Assembly: GCA_017883185.1 (NCBI GenBank)
Contig: JADGOB010000004.1
Span: 5,940-69,939, forward strand
Direction: 5' to 3'
DNA: 64,000 bases
From: Acidobacteriota bacterium
GTDB lineage: Bacteria > Acidobacteriota > Vicinamibacteria > Vicinamibacterales > Fen-181
The notes under the pieces were generated by a model that was not told the DNA's origin, searched no databases, and was given only the letters and a program-made list of their open reading frames with translations. Every line of letters begins with the position of its first letter. The stretch's first letter is position 1. Shown piece after piece: positions 60,860 through 64,000 of the stretch. A program made the position numbers and the translations under genes.

Positions 60860-60943
60860 CTACGGGGTGATCGTCACCGACGTGCCATCGCCGAAGTCCC
60901 ACTTGTCGCTGACGATCGCCGGCGCGCCGCCCCGCGGGTATCG
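60860..60943 (-). pseudogene. Collapsed PKD-repeat remnant just 3' of the Big/PKD gene stop
   Basis: The minus-strand frame reads RYPRGGAPAIVSDKWDFGDGTSVTITP-stop. This mirrors GAGAPVIVSYVWDFGDG...SAVVTITP-stop of 60946..62217 with the middle of the domain missing. It is out of frame with the main gene. Confidence 0.5.
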
Positions 60944-60945
60944 CC

Positions 60946-62217
60946 CTACGGCGTGATGGTCACGACGGCGCTGCCGACACCGGTGCGGCCGTCCGCGCCA
61001 GTCGCGGTCACCGTGACAATGAACTGTTGCGCCACGGTCGTTCCCGCCGGGAGCGTATACGTATGCGGTGCCGAACCAATCGTCGTCGTCGCGGACTTTC
61101 CGTCACCGAAGTCCCAGACGTAGCTGACGATAACCGGCGCTCCTGCGCCCGGCGTCGCTGTGAGCGTCATTGCCACGCCGCTCTTGCCGGTCGGTGCCGT
61201 GACCGTCAGCGTGAAAGGCACAGCCGGGAACACCACGACGGGAATCGACATCGACGTGCTCTGCCCGCTCGCGTCCGTGGCGATCGCCGTCACCGTGAAC
61301 GTCCCCGACTCCCTGTAAACGTGCGGAATGCTGACCGATCCCGAGGAAGCGCCGAGGCTGAAGTTGGTGCCATCACCAAAGTCCAGGTAGACGTTGCGGA
61401 TCGGCGCCGAGCCGGAACCGGCGGTGACGTTCAGGGTGAAGGTGGAGGTGAGACCCGCCGTCGGCGTGGTCGTCGGGCCGGTAAGGGTGATCGTCGGCAC
61501 CGCGACCGCGGTCACTTTCGCCGTTCCCGTCTTGGTACCCGCGGTCACGGTCACGGTCGCCGTCTGGTTGGTGGTCAGCGTGGTTTGTGCCTGGCCGGTC
61601 GAGTTCGTCGTTCCTATCACGGGCGCCACCGAACCCTGGTCCGTGGTGAACGACACCGGGACGCCGGCGAGGCCGTTGTTGTTGCTGTCGAGCACGCTCG
61701 CCGTAATGGTCGCCGTGCCACCGAGTTGCGAGACGCTGGAGGGACTGGCCGTGACGACCACGGTGGTTGCGGCTGCCGCGCCGATCACGATCGAGACTCC
61801 CGACCCCGTGGTCGTGGTCGGGGCCGCGCCTGTCCCGGTCGAAGCAGAACCGGACGTCGAACTGGAACCTGAAAACGCGTTGATGACCGCGGTTCCCGAC
61901 TGTGAGCCGGCGTTGAAGATGACGGTGGCTTTGCTGTTCGACGTGGCCACGTCGGTCGGCGTGACCGTGCCGAGCGAGGTGGTGAAGGTCACCATCGTGC
62001 CGTTCTGCACGGGGTTGCCCCCGCTCTCGAGCACGCTGGCGGTGATCTCCGCCGTGCCGTTGATCGGCAGGACTTGCGTGTTCGTGTACAGCCTGATCGT
62101 CGTGCCGGTCGGCGCGAAGAGGGGCACCTTGTCGCACGCGACGAGCAGTGCCACAGCCGCAAGCACCATCACGGGAACGACCCGGCGGCGCCGCGCGCTT
62201 CGCGTCGGTCCACTCAC
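60946..62217 (-). CDS. Lipoprotein with bacterial Ig-like (Big) repeats followed by PKD repeats
   Basis: GTG start at 62217 gives MSGPTRSARRRRVVPVMVLAAVALLVAC (lipobox). Big-type repeats include GTAEITASVLESGGNPVQNGTMVTFTTSLGTV and GTATITASVLDSNNNGLAGVPVSFTTDQGSV. PKD motifs are YLDFGDGT and YVWDFGDGK. The track start at 62247 is less likely because it lies only 15 nt from the divergent ORF. Confidence 0.8.
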   Translation of the reverse strand: MSGPTRSARRRRVVPVMVLAAVALLVACDKVPLFAPTGTTIRLYTNTQVLPINGTAEITASVLESGGNPVQNGTMVTFTTSLGTVTPTDVATSNSKATVIFNAGSQSGTAVINAFSGSSSTSGSASTGTGAAPTTTTGSGVSIVIGAAAATTVVVTASPSSVSQLGGTATITASVLDSNNNGLAGVPVSFTTDQGSVAPVIGTTNSTGQAQTTLTTNQTATVTVTAGTKTGTAKVTAVAVPTITLTGPTTTPTAGLTSTFTLNVTAGSGSAPIRNVYLDFGDGTNFSLGASSGSVSIPHVYRESGTFTVTAIATDASGQSTSMSIPVVVFPAVPFTLTVTAPTGKSGVAMTLTATPGAGAPVIVSYVWDFGDGKSATTTIGSAPHTYTLPAGTTVAQQFIVTVTATGADGRTGVGSAVVTITP

Positions 62218-62271
62218 AATTCCGTGTAGCCGCAGGTCTGGTATCATGGAGACTGGCTAGCAGTGTACTAC

Positions 62272-63042
62272 ATGAACCGAGCCGGTCAAGCGCAGAACCG
62301 GGAGTCCGGTTACGCCATGGCGGCGCTCCTGGTGGCGATCGCCGTGCTGGCGATTGCCATGACTGTCGCCATGCCGGCCTGGCGGCAGGCCGGGCAGCGG
62401 GAGAAGGAAGAGGAGTTGATCTTCCGCGGTCGCCAATACGTTCGCGCGATCCAGCTCTACCAGAGAAAGTACGCCGCCACCTATCCGGCCGACGTCGATA
62501 TCCTGGTCAAGCAGAAGTTCCTGCGGAAGAAATACAAGGACCCGATGGTCGCGGACGGCGAGTTCGACATCCTCTATCAGGGAAGCCTGGTGTCGATCGG
62601 CCAGGGGCGGGGCGGTCTTCCTCAGGGCCAGGGCCCTGGGCGCGGTGGCGCGACCACGTTCACCTTCGAGTCCCGCTCGGGCGGCGTGACCCAGGCCGGA
62701 CAGGCCGCGCGGACCGCCGGACCGAGAGGCGGCGTGCTTGGCGTCCGGAGCAAGAGCACCGAAACGTCCATCCGAAGCTTGGATGGCGCCACGCATTACA
62801 ACGAGTGGCGGTTTCTCTTCCTGCCAGGCATGACCGGGCCTGGTCAGGACCGGCCGGGTATGCGGGGCGGGCGGGGCGGGCCCGGCGGTCAGGGCTGGCC
62901 GGGGATGCCGGGTGGCCGGAGAGGTCAGGGCACTGGGCCGCGCGGCGAAAACCCGTCGATGGACTTCGGTGATCCGGGCTTGGGCTCGCGTGGTGGCCGC
63001 GGCGGACAGCGAGGCGGAGAAGGGCAGCGGCCCGGGGTCTGA
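62272..63042 (+). CDS. Degenerate GspG-like pseudopilin paralog with Gly/Arg-rich (RGG) inserts and tail
   Basis: Leader MNRAGQAQNRESG/YAMAALLVAIAVLAIAM, with no Glu at +5. It shares blocks with the two pseudopilins upstream: REKEEEL, LRKKYKDPM, and DGATHYNEW versus DGTKYKDW and DGTRYAEW. It then continues with ~75 aa of GMRGGRGGPGGQGWPGMPGGRRGQG...GSRGGRGGQRGGEGQRPG. Confidence 0.65.
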   Translation: MNRAGQAQNRESGYAMAALLVAIAVLAIAMTVAMPAWRQAGQREKEEELIFRGRQYVRAIQLYQRKYAATYPADVDILVKQKFLRKKYKDPMVADGEFDILYQGSLVSIGQGRGGLPQGQGPGRGGATTFTFESRSGGVTQAGQAARTAGPRGGVLGVRSKSTETSIRSLDGATHYNEWRFLFLPGMTGPGQDRPGMRGGRGGPGGQGWPGMPGGRRGQGTGPRGENPSMDFGDPGLGSRGGRGGQRGGEGQRPGV

Positions 63043-63092
63043 ATCTTCTGACGTGTCCCACCAGCCCAAGGTTTGCAGAATCTTCGTGCCGG

Positions 63093-64000
63093 CTATTCCA
63101 CCACCTCGTCCATGACGGCATCGTGCACGGCACGCCGCAATGCCGTGATACCTTCCGCGTTGCGGGGAGCCGGGTACCCCCGGTTCGTGAGCAGAACCAC
63201 GTAGATATCGGCGACGGGATCAATCCACAGCGACGTACCCGTGAAGCCGGTGTGGCCGAAGGCTTGTGAGGACATCCGCGTCCCGCACGACGAAGTCGGG
63301 AGCATCGTGTCCCATCCAAGCGCGCGTGAGCTGCCGGCGACGCCGGCTCGCGACGTGAAGCGAACGACCGTGTCGTGCCGGGCGATCGCCTGGCGGTCGT
63401 TTGCGTCCAGTCGCGCGCCGAGCACGGCGCTCGCCATTCTACCGACGGCAGACGCGGTGCCGAACAGCCCTGCGTGCGCGGCCACGCCGTCGAGAGCCGC
63501 GGCGTTCCCATCGTCCACGATGCCAGGCTGAGCGGATTCCGATCGCGTGGGCGCGATTCGCTCCTGCCACTGGGCCGGGGGACGATACCGCACTTCGAGC
63601 GGCACCGGGGCCGAGACGGTGCCGGCATGTAATTCAGCGGAGGCGCCGATTGCGTCTCGCACGCGCTCGAACTGTGCATCGAGCGGGGCGGCCGCGAGAT
63701 CCTCGAGCAGAAACCCGAGCAGGATGAACCCGAGGTCACTGTAGACCGACGCGGTTCCCGGGGTGAACTCCAGCGGCTCCGAGCAGATCGCCCGCTCGAA
63801 TTCCTCTCGGCTGGCGCAGGATCGGCATAACGGTCTGTGAGCTGGAAGCCCTGAGGAGTGTGCCAGGAGGTCCGCGACCTTCACCGCCTCCCGACCAACG
63901 CCTCGCCAGGATGGCAGCAGGTCTGCGACTCGTGCCTGGAGATCGAGTCGGCCCTCGTCCACGAGGCGCATGGCCAGGGAAGTGGTTGCCAGCACCTTGG
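63093..64000 (-). CDS. Serine hydrolase of the beta-lactamase / PBP4*-like family (partial; the N-terminus lies beyond the window end)
   Basis: The frame is open to nt 64000. The in-window sequence begins ..K-VLATTSLAMRLVDEGRLDL, so the Lys is probably the SxxK lysine. It also has YSDLGFILLG and HTGFTGTSLWIDP (the KTG-box equivalent, HTG). Confidence 0.8.
   Translation of the reverse strand, partial: KVLATTSLAMRLVDEGRLDLQARVADLLPSWRGVGREAVKVADLLAHSSGLPAHRPLCRSCASREEFERAICSEPLEFTPGTASVYSDLGFILLGFLLEDLAAAPLDAQFERVRDAIGASAELHAGTVSAPVPLEVRYRPPAQWQERIAPTRSESAQPGIVDDGNAAALDGVAAHAGLFGTASAVGRMASAVLGARLDANDRQAIARHDTVVRFTSRAGVAGSSRALGWDTMLPTSSCGTRMSSQAFGHTGFTGTSLWIDPVADIYVVLLTNRGYPAPRNAEGITALRRAVHDAVMDEVVE

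Overview
High-GC bacterial chromosomal segment, densely coding on both strands. Gene content and intergenic repeat style suggest an Acidobacteriota-like soil bacterium, but that is only a guess. I recognised no rRNA, tRNA, CRISPR array, transposase, integrase or phage genes. Layout: (1) 1-11 kb is a glycoconjugate/EPS-type cluster with three GT-B glycosyltransferases, a large GT-C-like membrane protein, a flippase-like UPF0104 protein, a methyltransferase, an NAD epimerase, a hexapeptide acyltransferase and a lipoprotein. (2) 11-24.6 kb is housekeeping: ttcA, glpD, a methyltransferase, a dapF-like gene, radC, larC, metG, tatD, a polyprenyl synthase, ligA and an NtrC-type response regulator. 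(3) RNase P RNA (rnpB) lies at about 24.68-25.13 kb and is not in the ORF track. (4) 25-31 kb holds a sugar epimerase, then a comEA-like / FimT-GspH-like minor pilin / PilZ / sigma-54-EBP-like module, then a Tat-signal protein with a small membrane protein. (5) gcvT-gcvH-gcvPA-gcvPB follows. (6) Next come an Asp/Glu racemase, nnr, tsaE, alr, guaB, secA, an M23 peptidase, comM/yifB and an MltD-like LysM transglycosylase. (7) 49.6-63 kb is a type IV filament machine: lipoprotein, SLT, PilC, PilB, PilM, PilN, PilO, PilP, secretin, two GspG-like pseudopilins, a REP-hairpin cluster, a Big/PKD lipoprotein and a third degenerate pseudopilin with an RGG tail. A partial beta-lactamase-family gene ends the window. 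The points most worth a second look are listed here. The secretin is a lipobox+TPR / secretin / Pro-linker / cohesin fusion. The machine mixes PilMNOP with GspG-type pseudopilins. The DapF homolog has serine at both catalytic cysteine positions. The EBP has a degenerate GAFTGA loop and sits next to PilZ and a FimT-like pilin. There are three gene remnants: a GT-C stump, a class IV aminotransferase tail and a PKD scar. G-rich tandem, homopolymer and quadruplex-type intergenic elements are present. A G9 tract sits in the 3' end of alr. Many long ORFs in the six-frame track are antisense shadows typical of high-GC DNA and were not called. All starts are chosen by eye from motifs and RBS context. 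No database search was possible.
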